Of a stretch of DNA of 64,000 bases, positions 25,334-39,264 are shown one piece after another. The notes below the pieces were generated by a model, which did not search any database, was not told the DNA's origin, and was given only the letters and a program-made list of their open reading frames with translations. Every line of letters begins with the position of its first letter. Position 1 is the stretch's first letter. The stretch covers positions 343,518 through 407,517 of the forward strand of contig NC_057759.1 in assembly GCF_004010195.1 (NCBI RefSeq), given 5' to 3'. This DNA comes from Chiloscyllium plagiosum. Lineage: Eukaryota. The position numbers and the translations under genes were made by a program.

Positions 25334-26327
25334 TTAAACCCATCTCACAAAGTATATCCAATCATGACGTGCAGGACTGGAAATATAAGGAGACATACAG
25401 AAAATGTCAGTGTGATATAGACCGGTATCACTCTTCAAAATGATACAGATTGGCAGCACAACAGAAAACTCTCAGATACTCAGCCAGTTAATGGCGAAAG
25501 GAAAGAAAACCTGAAATTTTGGCCCAGGTATTTCTAAATATAGACAGTTATAAATTGACTCACCATATTATTAGTCACTTCAGTTAGTATTAAATGATAC
25601 ATCTTACAGTGTCCAGCAGCAACTGAAAAGACTACTGTATACGCAAAACGTTAAAAAAAGGAGTCTGAATGCAATAAAAATTCAGATTCAGGCCAAGATA
25701 AACATTTAACCAACATTAGTCCCTCAATCAGAAAGGGTTAGTGAATATTGATTGAGTTTATCCAACACTTCGACCAAAAGAAAACACAACTGAACATGGA
25801 AAGAGAATGAGATACACATACTCTACCAAATGCTGTTGCATACAAGCAAAACTGGCTCCATAGTTATTCAAAGACACATAACTGCAGAAATAAACTCAAA
25901 TTAGCATTTACATAAGGATACTGGCAGTGAGTGGATAAAGATCAGAATCCCAACAGTTAATGGAAACTAGTATGGAGAATAGGTGAAGAACAGAATGTCC
26001 CAGTCTGGACACAATGGGCTGAATGGCTGTACCAATTCTGTGACTCTGTCATAAAGCACAAAATGCAGAAGAGATTAAGGCCCAATTACAACACCCTAAA
26101 AACTACTATCACAGAATGAATCACAGTCACATGTTCACAAAAGAATAACTCAGGCAAACAGTTATGAATACACTCACATTCACATTACAGAACCCGACAG
26201 AGAAGGATTCTTAACTAAACATTCACAAAGTAAAAATTGACAGTGACTGTTAAAAACTAAATTCTCACATTCACATCGCAGAAACTGACAGGCTTATATT
26301 GACAATTACCCAAGCACATTCACCATG

Positions 26328-26435
26328 CAGGTTTCCTCAGGAGGCTAAGTAAATCCAGCATGTCCATAAAGACACTTGCAAATTTTTCTGGATGCATCCT
26401 CTCTAGATGTGTCACAGCGTGGTATGGCTACTGTT
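26328..26435 (+). mobile_element. Small Rex1/Babar-like LINE fragment
   Basis: Encodes FLRRLSKSSMSIKTLANF ... RCVTAWYGYC, resembling the Rex1 RT C-terminus. Confidence 0.5.
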
Positions 26436-27175
26436 GATTGACAATTACACTCACTGTCAGATTGATAATGTGGAGAGCCCTGGACTTTCAATCTGGCATC
26501 GGTCAATCATGATCTCCTTGTTATTAGATACGCGACTGTCACTGGCTGCGAGAGCAGAGAAAAAAAAATCATAAAATACAATTGTAACAGTGTCTGTAAG
26601 GACATTATTTCTTATTGCACGTTCATTGCCTGAGTGTTCTCAGCCCTTAGTAAATGTCCGATACATGCAGAATGGCAACGTGAGCGTCCCTGATCGTGTT
26701 TGACTTCACATTGGTATCACATTTCCTTTAAATGCATTAAGAAAGGCTGAATTAATCCCCAGTGCAATAAGTAGTCAGTCGATGCAGCATACGATAATGA
26801 GCGGTCCCTGACCCTCTGTACATTATTCACTGGTTTCACTGATTTCAGAGAGAGAGCATATTAGACAATAGTGAGTCAGTCCTCAGCTGTAAAGGATGGA
26901 ATGGGGTAAAGTGGGATTGTGTTAACTATCCTTTTGTAATAGAAAAACAAATGAACGAGTATGGACTCATGCACTCTCCTCAAACTATCTGGTCTTTTCT
27001 TCGTGTTCGCTGGCTTTTCAAATTTTTTTAAAAAGCAGTTGATCACTTGGTGCCAATTCTTTCTCCTTTCCCAATGGCAGCTATATTAACACCAACAGAG
27101 AGAATGAATAGTGTTTCCTGGAATTTCAAATCCAGTACCACAATATGTTAAAATTATATTGTATAATATCCTGAC

Positions 27176-27480
27176 TAGATTAGATTAGATTCCCTACAGT
27201 GTGGAAACAGGCCCTTCGGCCCAACAAGTCCACACCAACCCTCCGAAGAGCAACCCACCCAGACCCATTCCCCTACATTCATTCCTGACTAATGTACCGA
27301 ACACTACAGGCATGACCAATTTACCGAACCTGCACATCTTTGGACTGTGGGAGGAAACCGGAGAACCTGGAGGAAACCCACGCAGACTCGGGGAGAATGT
27401 GCAAACTCCACACAGACAGTTGCCTGAGACAGGAATTGGCGGGTCCCTGGTGCTAGGAGGCAGCAGTGCTAAGACTGAGC
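27176..27480 (-). mobile_element. HE1/V-SINE
   Basis: (ttaga)n tail and body matching 18166-18486. Confidence 0.85.
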
Positions 27481-28089
27481 CTAGTATAATAAATTCTGCA
27501 GTCACCGAAGGTTTTGTTAGTTATAATCGTTGCCACCTTTATCACAAAATCCTTCTGCATTTCTCCAACTTGCGGGAACAGATTTTCTCTTTAACTCTAT
27601 CTTCATCAATAAGACGTCTTGTACCTTTGTTCCAAATTAACTTAAATTTTCTACTGTGTTCTTCTTGATCCTCCTGATGAATTCTGATATAAAACACAAG
27701 AAAACTTGATGCCATTTTCTCAGATACTCAATGTGATCACATAATATTTTGAAGCAGTGGAGTAGGAAAGATTTAGTGTGATCAGGTAGATTAGTAAAGC
27801 TATTCAATTTTCTTTTTGTGAGAAAAGTTGAACAGTTTCATTCTTCAATACATCTACTTTGACCATTCCAATTTCCTCCACTGCATGAGAGAAAATCAAA
27901 GTCCTTTTGCCATCCTTCCACCTCCCCAATAGAGCTACACAAGTGGCCCAATGATGATGAGCACTATCACAATACAGAGCACACAATACATTACCTTTAC
28001 TTCAACAGTCTTCAAATAATTATACCACTGTGCACTGCGGAAAGAAAAACTAATTATGAGAGTGACAGATGAGTTATTTGTTCATGGAA

Positions 28090-28440
28090 CACAAACTGAC
28101 AGGTACATATACTTTCACATACAGATGCACGCATCCATTCATATAGTCGAAGCTGTCAGGGATAGACTGATAATTGCACAAACACATCCACATTACAGAA
28201 ACAGACAGGTACATTTTGATAACACACATATCCCCGGAGCAGAATCTCACAGGTATACACTGATAACTACATTCTTACATTCACCTAATGGGGCAGACTG
28301 ATAACTAAAGTCACATTGACATAGCAAAAGCTGACAGGTAGAGATGGATAATGACATTCATATTCACACAGCAGAATCTGACAGGGGCAGATAGATAATT
28401 GGACAGTCATCTTCACATCACAGAAACTGTAAGTATAAAC
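28090..28440 (-). repeat. Inverted copy of the 47-49 bp minisatellite (also 26150-26325)
   Basis: Repeated gaaactgacagg...gataact...cacattcac, the reverse complement of the 8875-11400 unit. Confidence 0.75.
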
Positions 28441-30757
28441 ATTTGGGCATATTCTCATTGGAGTTTTGAAGAATAATGTGTCACCTTTTAGTAGAAGAGA
28501 AAATGATCTAAAAGGAGTTGACAAAGTATGTAGATGCTGGGTGAACGTCACTGCTCATTAGAGAATCCGGGGTAATGTGGCAGTTTGAACAGGAAGCCTT
28601 CCGTCTAATAAGAAAATGTAAAACATGCTGCCATTGTTCTATTCCACAGGGAGCAGTTTGGGTTGTTTTATCAACTTAACTTCAGCTCAGGTAGCTATAT
28701 ATCTTTCACGATACATAAGGGAGTCTTTGGTTATGGACAATAAACATAAAAATGGGGTTAAAAACAATTGTGATTTTTTTCTTATGACAGAACACAGGCA
28801 AATAAAAATGCCACAAACATTTCATTTTCCTTATGGTCTTCTGCTTTGAGACATTTAAACTGACTCAAGCCTGAAAGAAATTAATAACTCTCGTGTATAC
28901 CTTACAACAGCATGGCAGAAATAGGAGACATCATTCACCTTCCACTTTATCTGTAACGTACTGATATGTATGTGTTCACAGATCATACACTGACAGATTC
29001 AGTTTCAAATGACCATGACATACCAGGGATGGAGTAAAAAAAGATTGCTTGGTTCTTTTCTTGAGGTTTCACACATGAGATGCAATTCACACACACCAAC
29101 GTCTGCAAACAGTAAAAGTGCAAACCGCAAACACTCCTCTGATACTCTTTCCAGGCGTGAAAAGTTGAGTCAGAAGAGAGACCCCAGCAAAGAAAATACA
29201 TTTCCTCTCCACAGGTCAGTTGACAATGTTTACAGATACTCTGGCCACTCCCCATAGTCACATGCCACTGAAGACAACCCCCAGCCTCACAGTCACATAT
29301 TACCCCAGGTACTATGGTAGGATGAGATCATCCTCGGAGATAATGCAAATGCTAATGCCCTAATCCTGGGAATCATAATGCAGAAGATTTCCTGACCCAG
29401 TGATTCCCAAGGACAACATAGGTGTGATGTATTCGAACTTCGGAGTGGCTCTGAAAATGAGTTCTGGTCCTGCTTCTGCCTCAGACAACGTAGGTGTGAT
29501 GGGCCTCAGCATTGGGGGGATGATCAAGCAAGCGAACCTGATTGGCTGGGGATGGCTATAAAAGTATGATAGAGATTCAACAGTAATTTAACTTGATAAT
29601 AGGGAGTTCAGTAGCAAATGACTGTGTAATTGGAGTAAGGGTCATTCGCATTCCTGCCTGACTGTCGTCCTCACCCACTTCCAGAACATTCACTCATTGT
29701 AGTTTAACCCTTAATATTACATTAATGTCCAGAGAGATATTCCCATTTAATCTTTCCACATTACAGAATAGAAGGATCTGCTGGCCTTTGATAGAATGGT
29801 ATGCTCTTCCTGTTGGATGTGGGAGATTAGGGAGAGTATCCATGTTACTGGTGATTATGTCTGCAGTACGTGTGTTTGGTTGTAAATCCTATCGGATCAT
29901 GTGGATCGGTTGGAGCAACAGTTGAAAGGATCTGCTGATGGGGAGTTGAAGAGGGGAGGTTGAATACTCATGTGGAGCATATATACTGACTGAGACCAAT
30001 TGAGTCAATTGGCCTGGCCCTGGATACAAACTTAATGGAACAAAGACAAACATATTTACTTTTCATCTCATTGGAGTGGTAAGGAAAACATTATTTCCTA
30101 TCCAGGATAAATTAAATGTCCTTCCTCAGGGGATCATTTCCATGGGAATGTGCAGTTCCATGCTCAAAGAACATCAGCCTGACTGGAAGCAAAGTAGCAA
30201 GAGTGGCCTATCCAGCAGAAAGCAATCCTTTGGTCGTCCCCATTTCACCTTCTGTCAGAATGAAGGTGGATTAGTCTTGAGCTGGATTTTCCCTCATTTT
30301 GATATCAATTCATTGGATATAGTATCAATGTCTGGGTCAGCATTCATTGCCCACCTGAGTTGTTCACTTTGAGAAAGTGATGGTGAGTTGCCTTCTGGGA
30401 CTGCAGTCCTTGTGGTGTTGGCTCACCCACAAAGCTGTTACAGAGCAGTTCCAGGATTTTGACCCATTGATAGTGAAGGAACAGCCAATGTGGAGATTTA
30501 TGATGTTCAAGTCCCAGTCATTTCAGTGACTCCATTAGATCTTCATGTACTAGTCATTTTGAGATTTCTGTCTGCAAACCCTCCCTTTCTAACAGCCTGT
30601 TAATGAGAATGGCGTGTGACATGGAGGGGAGCTTGCAGGTGGTAATGTTCCCAGGTAACTGCTGCTCTTGTTCTTCTAGATGGTGAAGGTGTGGGTTTGA
30701 AATGTGCTGTCGAAAAGATTTAATAATTCAGATTAAAAACAGATCCAAGTCCTCTGA

Positions 30758-31348
30758 TCATTTGTGAGGTTTCTTGTGCCTCCACAGACTGGAATACTGA
30801 GTGAATTCTTTCCCACACTCAGAACATATGAATGACTTCTTCCTAGTATGACCTAATTTGTGTGCCTGTAGGACAGATAAATATCTGAATCGCTTCCCAC
30901 ACTTGGAGCATTTGAATGGCTTTTCCCCTGTGTGGATGCGTTGGTGTCTCACGAAGGCTGATGACACAGTGAATTCTTTTCCACAATCAGAGCAGGGAAA
31001 TGGCCTCTCCCCAGTGTGAACTCATTGGTGCATGCGCAGGCTGGATAACTGCGTGAACACTTTTCCACACTCCAAGCAGGTAGGTGGCCTCTTCCCTGTG
31101 TGAACTTGCTGGTGTGTCAACAGGGTGAAATACTCACAGAACGTCTTGTCACACTCAGAGCAGGTGAATGGTCTCTCTGCAGTGGCATCACGCTGGTGTA
31201 TCCACAAGGCAGACGAATCAAGGAATCCCTTCCCACATTCGGTGCAGATGAACGGCCTCTCCCTGTAGTGACCACGTCGATGAAACTCCAGAGTTGACAG
31301 GGAATGGAATCCATTCCCACAATCATCACATTTCCATGGTTTCTCCAT
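30758..31348 (-). pseudogene. C2H2 zinc-finger gene, 7 fingers, one in-frame TGA (31022-31024)
   Basis: MEKPWKCDDCG start; ORFs 31022-31381 and 30758-30967 are in the same frame and joined by [19 protein letters not shown]; finger 2 lacks its last His. Confidence 0.9.
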
Positions 31349-31899
31349 ATTAAGGGTGGCCTTGTGTCTCTGTAAGTTCATACTATGAATGGTGTGATGT
31401 TTCTTTCGGGTATGAGACTTTTTGAAGGTTTATCAATTCACTGAAAGACTCGCAGTTGGTAAGTATGTCTCAGTTCTTTTCTAGCCAAATTGTTGTTTCA
31501 AATCTTTTGAACCAGAGAGACAGACATTCTTGATCTATGGTTTACAGTCAATGATATTTAAATGCCAGTTATTTCAGTAAACCTATAAGATCTTCAAGTG
31601 TTGGTTGTTTTGAGATTGCTGTCTGAAATTCTTCTCTTTCTAACATACTGAAAGAAAGTTATAAAAGTCATCACTATTCGGTTCGAAATTCAGAACAATC
31701 AAATCTGAGTGATCATCATTTCTTGCCCTGGACAGATTCTGTCCTTCCCTGGGTTAATTTCCTTTCTCTTTCAGTTGCTGCAAATAGATAATTTCAGACC
31801 AGAACTTTAAGAAGAAGAAACCGGGTGATTGGAGGAATTGTCAGTCTGAGTAAAGCTCCATCTTCATTCATACAAAGACAAACAGCAGCACCAGCTTTT

Positions 31900-32300
31900 G
31901 CTGGGTCGTACGGAGCAGCTTTCTAAACTCATGGTTGCACGATCGCGCTCAGACAATAGGGCGCTCTGATTGGTCGGAGGTCCAGATTGCTTCCGGTCCT
32001 CCAGTGCTTTCTATTGGTCACTTTGCCGCTGGGATGGAAGATGGAATCACGAGGGGCAGCAGCGGGCCTGACGAAATGACGTTTGTATGCTTTTTGCCAG
32101 GAGACAAGAGACTGCGATGATAACTGACCATTGACATTGAAGGGGCTGTCCCCGCCCCAAAGTTGTTTATGCACATGCGCGGTATACGCTTTGTTGTGTC
32201 AGATCGTGAACCTATCACATGACCAGCAGCAACATGGATTGTGGGAGTTGTAGTCCCCATGAAGCTACTGGTGCCCTGTCTCCGGGAAGTGGATGAAAAG
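31900..32300. promoter_or_regulatory. CpG-rich housekeeping-type promoter upstream of the ZNF
   Basis: ATTGG at 31969 and 32013; ETS CTTCCGG at 31990; NRF1-like GCACATGCGC at 32171; ZNF143-associated ACTACAACTCCCA on the minus strand at 32242-32254. Confidence 0.75.
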
Positions 32301-33149
32301 TATGGGTCGGAACCTGGTGGGAACAGGAGTCCTGAAACGTTAATTCTGCTTTCTGTTCACAGATGCTGCCAGACTTGCTGAGCTTTTCCAACAATTCCTG
32401 TTTTTGTTTCTCATTTGCACCGGCCGCATTTTTGGCGGCTTTTATGAGGACTTAGAGACCTGGGTGGCAGCTTTTGGGGGAGCAGCGAAATAGGTGACTG
32501 TGACAGTGAATACCAGAAGCATCTTCAGGGAAGGAGATTTGGGCTAATAGCAAAGAGATCGTCAGATGAATTAGCAGTCCAAACTTAGACAATGAGGGAA
32601 TATGCGGGATATAGTGATTAATATACATAGACTGGGAAGTATATTCAGACCATGTAGAATAATGTGTTTGGAATGTCCAGCCTGTACTTATAAAACCATA
32701 TAATTCTTCTTGAGCAGTGACTGTGCATCAAGGATGATTCTTTTTCTATGCGTCCTGGGATTATTGGGTCGTTTAATGTTGAATCCGCAAGTACTGCCCA
32801 TGTGGGGCAGATGATATTTGCTGAAGCCAGTGTGGGTGTGATGGGTACATTTTCACATGCTTCTTCCAGTTATAACCTTTGTTTTCCATCTGGGGATATT
32901 TCAGATATCAAAATTGTTGTCTTCTTCAATGATACTTCTTTGCCAAATTGCATGTTTGGGGGCATTACATTTTTGTTTTTAAGAGAAAATGTGGAGTCAT
33001 ACTGAACACTGCTTGCTCAGATTACTGAGCTGCTTTGGAAGTCCTGTGTCAGACGTGCAATTGATGCGATCTGTAGTTGATTGTGCACAAGCAGTGCCTC
33101 AGTTCAAGACTCTTCAGTCTGATCTGCATTTTAATAACCACTTTCCTGG

Positions 33150-36100
33150 AGGTCATTCAAGAGGGGAGAGCAAAAAGGCAAGTGGTAGTTGTAGGGGACT
33201 CTTTAACTGGGAGTATTGACAGCATCCTTTGTAAGCGGGATTGAGAGTACTGCACAGTGTATTGCCTTCCCCATGCCAGGTTGAGGAAATCTCTGGCCTC
33301 CTTGAAAGGATATTTAAGTGGGAGAACAAGGATCCAATTAGTCTGGTTCACATTGATATGAACATCATAGGCAAGGTGAGGACGAATGACCTGTTTGGGG
33401 ATTATTAAGCACGGGAAACAAACTTAAGGAACAGGTCCTCCAAGGGTTATAATCTCCAGATTACTACACGAGCCATGTGCAAATTGGTTTAGGTAAAATA
33501 AAATTAGGGAATTAAACACATTCCTAAAAGAGTAGTGTGGGAACGAGGGGCTCCGTTTCTTGGGGCATTGGCATCAGTTTTGGAACAGGAGGGATCTGTA
33601 CTATTGGGACGGTCTCCACCTGAAATGATCTGGAACCAGTGTTCTCGCGAAAAGGAGAAATGAGGTGATCACGAGGACTTTAGTGATGGAGGGTGGGTTG
33701 GGGGGGAGCGACAGGAAGTATCATGGTAAATAGAAAGGAAAGCAGCAGATTAACGTGTGTGCAGAAAGGTTTAACTACATCCAAGACTATGAAAGACGTT
33801 AAAAGGAAGGACAAGTCAGGAGGTATTAGTGGAAATTAATAGAATTCAAAAAGGTGTAAAAAATGAGCATAAAGGCACTTTACCTAAATGCTCGTGGCAT
33901 TCAAAACAAGGTAGATCAGTTCATTGTGAATTAGTATGATTTAGTAGCTATTATGGAACAGGATCGCAAGATGGTCAAGTCTGGGAGTCAAATATCCAGG
34001 GCTTATCAGACTGTTTGGAAGGACAGACAGAAATGGAAGGGGGTGGTGTAACTCTGATATTTAAGGATGATATTAGAGCTATGGTGAAATAGGTTCCATG
34101 AAGAATAAGGTTTAATCCATTTGAGTAACAAATAGAAACGCAAAGAAAAATAAGTCACTATTGGCGAAGTCTATACGGCACCAAATAACATCACACTGGG
34201 GAGGGAAGTGAACATAGAAATAAATAATTCCTGTAAAAATGGTTTGGTAATTATCATGGGGGACTTTAAACTACATGTCAATTGGTGAAACCACGTTGGT
34301 GAATAGAGCCTTGAGGAGGACTTCATTGAATGTATCCACAATAGTTTTCTTGAACAGTATGTAATGGAACTGACGAGGGACTAAACTACTCTAGATCTGG
34401 TCCTGTGTAATAAGACGGGATTAATTAAAGATGTCATAGTTAAAGATCCTATTGGAAGGAGTGATCATAGTATGGTTGAATTTAGAATACAGATGGAAAG
34501 AAAGATAAAAATCCAATACCAGAGTCCTGTGCTCAAACAAGGGAGACTACAATAGGATGACAGAGGAGTTAGCAGACTTTATAGTGGGACAATTGCCGAA
34601 CAGTGGAGGACTTTCAAAGCAATTTTCCAAGGTGCTCCACAACAGTATACACCACTGAAAACGAGGTTAATCTGTCATGGGTGTCTAAGGAAGTAAGTGA
34701 GGCTCTCAAGTTACAAGAGAAAGCACACAAAGTGGCAAAGAGCAGTGGGAAGCCAGAGGATTGGGAAAACTTTAAAGGTCATCAGAAAGGAACAAAAAAG
34801 CTATTAAGAAATTAAGATAGATTATGAGATTAATGTAGCTCAGAATATAAAAACAGACAGCAAAAATTTCTTCAAATATATAAAGCGAAGAAGACTAGCT
34901 AAGGTAAACATTGGTCTTTTAGAGGGTAAGAAGGGGGATTTCACATTGAGATAATGAGGAATTGGCCGAAGCATTGAACAGGTATTTTGTGTTAATATTC
35001 ACAGTGCAAGATACAAGTACCGTACCAGTAATTGACAAGGAGATGAAGGGAGGTGTCATGGAGTCCTACAGCACAGCAACAGGCCTTTTCGCCCAAGTTC
35101 TTCAATGCCAACAAAAAGGTCCATCCAATCCCATTCCCTGGAATTGGCCCATATCCTTCTAATCATTTCCTGTCCATGTACTTGTCTAAACACCTTTTAA
35201 ATATTGCTAATGTATCTTCCTCAACCACTTCTGCTGTCATCTCATTCCATGTGCATACCACCCTCTGTATAAAAACATTGCTCCTCCAGTTCCCTTTTAT
35301 TCTTTCTCCTCTAACATTAGACTGATGCCCTCTGATCCTCCATTCCCCAATCTTGGGAAAAAGACTCAGTGCATTCACCCAACCTGTTCCTCTCATAATC
35401 TTATACAGTTCTATAAAATCCCCCCTCAGTCTCCGATGCTCTAAAGAGTGAAGTCCTAGTTTGTCTACGTATAACTCAGACCACTGAGTCCTGGCAGCAT
35501 CATTGTAAATTTCTTCTGCACTCTTTCCAGTTTAGTAACATCCTTTCTATAACAAGGTGACCAAAACTGAACAGACCACTCCAAGTGCGGCCTCACCAAT
35601 GTCCTGTGCAACTGCAACATAACTTCCCAATTTCGATACTCAATGCCCTGACTAATGAAGGCCAGTATGCCAAAAGCCTTCTTCACTGCTGTCGACCCAT
35701 TACTCCACTTTGACAGAACTGTGAACTTGAACTCCAAGTTCCCTCTGTCCCACTACACTCCTTAAGGCTTTATGATTCACCATGAAATTCCTACCTTGAT
35801 TTGTTTTTCCAAAATACAAGACCTCACACACACAAAGGTATGCTGACTATTCCCTATCAAACCCTGTCTTTCCAAATGCATGTAAATCATATCTCTCAGA
35901 ATTTTCAAGTAGTTTACCTACCACAGATTAAATCTTACTGATCTGTATTTCCCAGGCTTTTCTTTGCAGCCATTGTTGAATAATAATTGGCCAATTACAG
36001 GGAAATGGGATTGGATGGACATTTTTGTTGGCATGGAACAGTTTGGGCTAAAGGGCCTGCCTCTATGCTGTAGGACTCTATAACATCTCCCTTTGTCTCC

Positions 36101-38940
36101 TTGTCAGTTACTGGCATGGTACTGGTATCTTGTACTGTGAACACTAACACAATAACATTTGTCACCCTCCACTCTTCTCTGACCTCACTCATGGCTAACA
36201 ACGATGCAAAATTATCAGCCAGGTCCCCCCGCAATTTCTCCTCCAGCCTGTTGCAGTTAGGATGTAGAAATATTTATCACAAAAAGGTCAATGTTGGACA
36301 AACTAACGGATATAAGGGCAGACCAGTCTCCTGGCCCTAACGGATTGCATCCGAGGGGACTAAAAGAAATGGCACTCTTGGTAATTTTCTAAACTTAGCT
36401 GGACTCTGGGGCAGTTTGAGCAGATTGAAAACACCAAATGTGGTGCCACTGTTTAAGAAGCGAGGTAGAGAAAAAATGAGGAATTATAGGACAGTTAGGT
36501 TAACATATGTAGTGGGCAAGATGCTCGAGTCTACTGTCAAGAAGAAATAGCAAAGCATCTCGATAGAAATTGTCCCATTCGGCAGGCACAACAGGTCATG
36601 CTTAATTAATCTTTTGGAATTCTATGAAGCCATTATAATTGCACTGAATAATGTGGACCCAGTAGATGTGATATATCTAGATATCCAAAAAGCATTCAAC
36701 AAGGTGTCAAGTAAAAGGCTGCTGCATAAGATAAAGGTGTTACAGGCAATCCACGAGCATGAATAGAGGATTGGTGAATGAACAGAAAGCAAAGAATGGG
36801 GATAATTGAATGCTTTTCTGGTTGGCAATCGATGATAGTGGGGTGCCTCAGGGATCATTGAGTCATAGAGATGTACAGCAAGGAAACAGATCCTTCAGTC
36901 CAACTCATCCATGCTGACCAGATATCCCAACCCAAACTAGTCCAACCTGCCAGCACCCAGCCCATATCCCTACAAATCCTTCCTATTCATGCACCCATCC
37001 AGATGCCTTTAAAATGTCACAATTATACTAGCCTCCACCACTTCCTCTGGCAGCCCATTCGACACATGCACCACCCTCTGTGTGAAAAGGTTGCCCCTTA
37101 GGTCTCTTCATGTCTTTCCACTTTCACCCTAAACCTATGCCCTCTAGTTCTGACCTCCCCCACCTCAGGGAAAAGACCTTGTCTATTTACCCGATCCATG
37201 CCCCTCATGATTTTCTAGACCTCTACAAGGTCACTCCTCAGCCTCTAATGCTTCAGGGAAAATAGCCCTAGTTTATTCATCCTCTCTCTATAGCTCAAAT
37301 CCTCCAACCCTGGCAACATCCTTGTAAATCTTTCCTGAACCTTTTCAAGTTTCAGAACATCTTTCTGATAGGATGGAGACCAGAATTGCATGCCATATTC
37401 CAAAAGTGGCCTCACCAATGTCCTGTACAGTCGCAATATGACCTCCCAACTCCTGTACTCAATACTCTGACCAATAAAGGAAAGCATATCAAATGCCTTC
37501 TTCACTATTCTGTCTACCTGTGACTCTGCTTTCAAGGAGCTATGAACCTGCACTCCAAGGTCTCTTTGTTCAGCGGTACTCCCTCGGATCTGAACATTAA
37601 ATGTATAAGTCCTGCTAAGATTTGTTTTCCCAAAATGCAGCATTTATCTAAATTAAACCCCATTTGCCACTTTGTTGGGACCACAATTGTTTACAATTTG
37701 CACAGATGGTGTGGAGTTGAGGACCACATGTAGTGTGTTAAAGTTTGCAGATAACAAATGTTTAGGGGCATATAGATCGTTCAAGTGAGTGTGTGAAGTT
37801 CTGGCAGATGGAGTAAAATGTTGGTAAATGTGAAGTCATCCATTTTAGTAGCAATAATAGTAAAAAGGACTGTTATTCGAATGGTAAAATTTGCAATAAA
37901 TTGCTATGCAGAGAGACTTTGGTGTCCTTGTGCATAAATTGCAGAAGGCTGGTCTGCGGGTGCAACAGGTAAATACTAAGGCAATGGGCAGCACAGTGGC
38001 TCAGTGGTTAGCACTGCTGCCTCACAGCACCAGGGTCCCAGGTTCAATTCCAGCCTTCGTCAACTGTCTGTGTGGAGTTTGCACATTCTCACGTGTCTGT
38101 GTGGGTTTCCTCCCACAGGGCAGGTGAATTGGCTATGGCTAAATTGCCCACAGTGTTCAGTGCATTAGTCAGAGGGAAAGGGGTCTGGGTGGGTTACTCT
38201 TCGGAGGGTCGGTGTGGACTGGTTGGCCCAAAGGGCCTAATTCCACCCGGTAGGGAATATAATCTAATCTTTAAAAATGGTATATTGTCCTTTATTAGTA
38301 GAGGGATCGAGTTTAAAAGTGGAGAGGATATGTTACGGCTCTGTAGGGTGTTGGTGAGGTCACACCCAGAGTACTGCATGCAGTTTTGGTCTTCTTACTT
38401 GAGAAAGGAGATACTGGCACTAAAGGGGGTGCAGAGAAGGTTCACTAGGTTCCTGAATTGATGAGTTGAGGGGATTGCTTTCTGAGGAGAGACTGAGTAG
38501 ACTGGGATTATATTTGTTAGAATTTAGAAGAATGGGGGAGGGGGGGGGGCGCGGAGGGGAGAAATCTTACAGTAACATATAAAATTATAAAGGGAATAGA
38601 TGAGATTGAAGCAGGGAGAATGCTTCCACTGGTGAGTGGAACTGGGACAAGACGGTATTGCCTCAAAATTAGGGGGAGCAGATTTAGGACTGAACTGAGA
38701 AGGAATTTCTTCACCCAGAGTGTTGTGAATTTGTAGAATTCCCTGCAGTATTTGAGGTTTCCTCATTGAATGCTTTTAAAGCGAAGATCATGTTTTTAAA
38801 GAGTAAAGGAATTCAGGGTTATGGTGAGAGGCTGGGTAAGTAGAGCTGAGGCTGGGAAAAGATCAGCCATGATCTTATTGAATGGTGGAGCGGGCTGAAA
38901 GGGCCAGATGGCCAACTCTTACTCCGGGTTCTTATGTTTG
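33150..38940 (+). mobile_element. Long decayed CR1 (ORF1 esterase through 3' tail) with nested antisense CR1s (35056-36250, 36861-37670) and an HE1 SINE
   Basis: LYLNARGI APE start ~33880; LDLVLCN and SDHSMVEF codons; DPVDVIYLD.QKAFNKV ~36660; tail ~38850-38940; antisense ORFs 35465-35737 and 37245-37643. Confidence 0.85.
37986..38270 (+). mobile_element. HE1/V-SINE
   Basis: gggcagcacagtggctcagtggttagcactgctgcc head; aatctaatct tail. Confidence 0.85.
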
Positions 38941-39264
38941 TAATTCTTAGTGGTCAATCACCCCAAACCTAGAACATCACTGCAGGAGTTTCTCAGTTTC
39001 CCAATCGCTCTGAGCTGCCTCAATGACTTTACGTTTGAATGAAAGTCCAAGTTGGTACTCTGATTACACAATATGTAGCACCATTTGAGACTCCTCAGGC
39101 ACACAAGCAATCTCTGGCCTAACACTGTAAAAGAAGATCAGTCACATGGAACACGTTTTGTGTAACAGGACATCTCAAGATCCTTCAGGAGTGTTTGCAA
39201 AATAAACATTGGGCACTGACACATTGAATGGTATTCTCTTGAATGATGAAAATTTTGATTGTAG

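Noticed and set aside
27520..28040. Exon-like units in the duplicated arm (40-nt AQWYNYLKTVEVK unit and a downstream acceptor)
   Set aside because: Phases do not join into a convincing ORF and the paralog at 3030-4700 is frameshifted
28982..29214. AG/GT-bounded segment with an 82-aa ORF
   Set aside because: No recognisable domain and no supporting paralog in the window
31022..31024. In-frame TGA as possible selenocysteine or programmed readthrough
   Set aside because: It sits at a usual Arg (CGA) position of the finger, so CpG decay is the simpler explanation; no SECIS recognised
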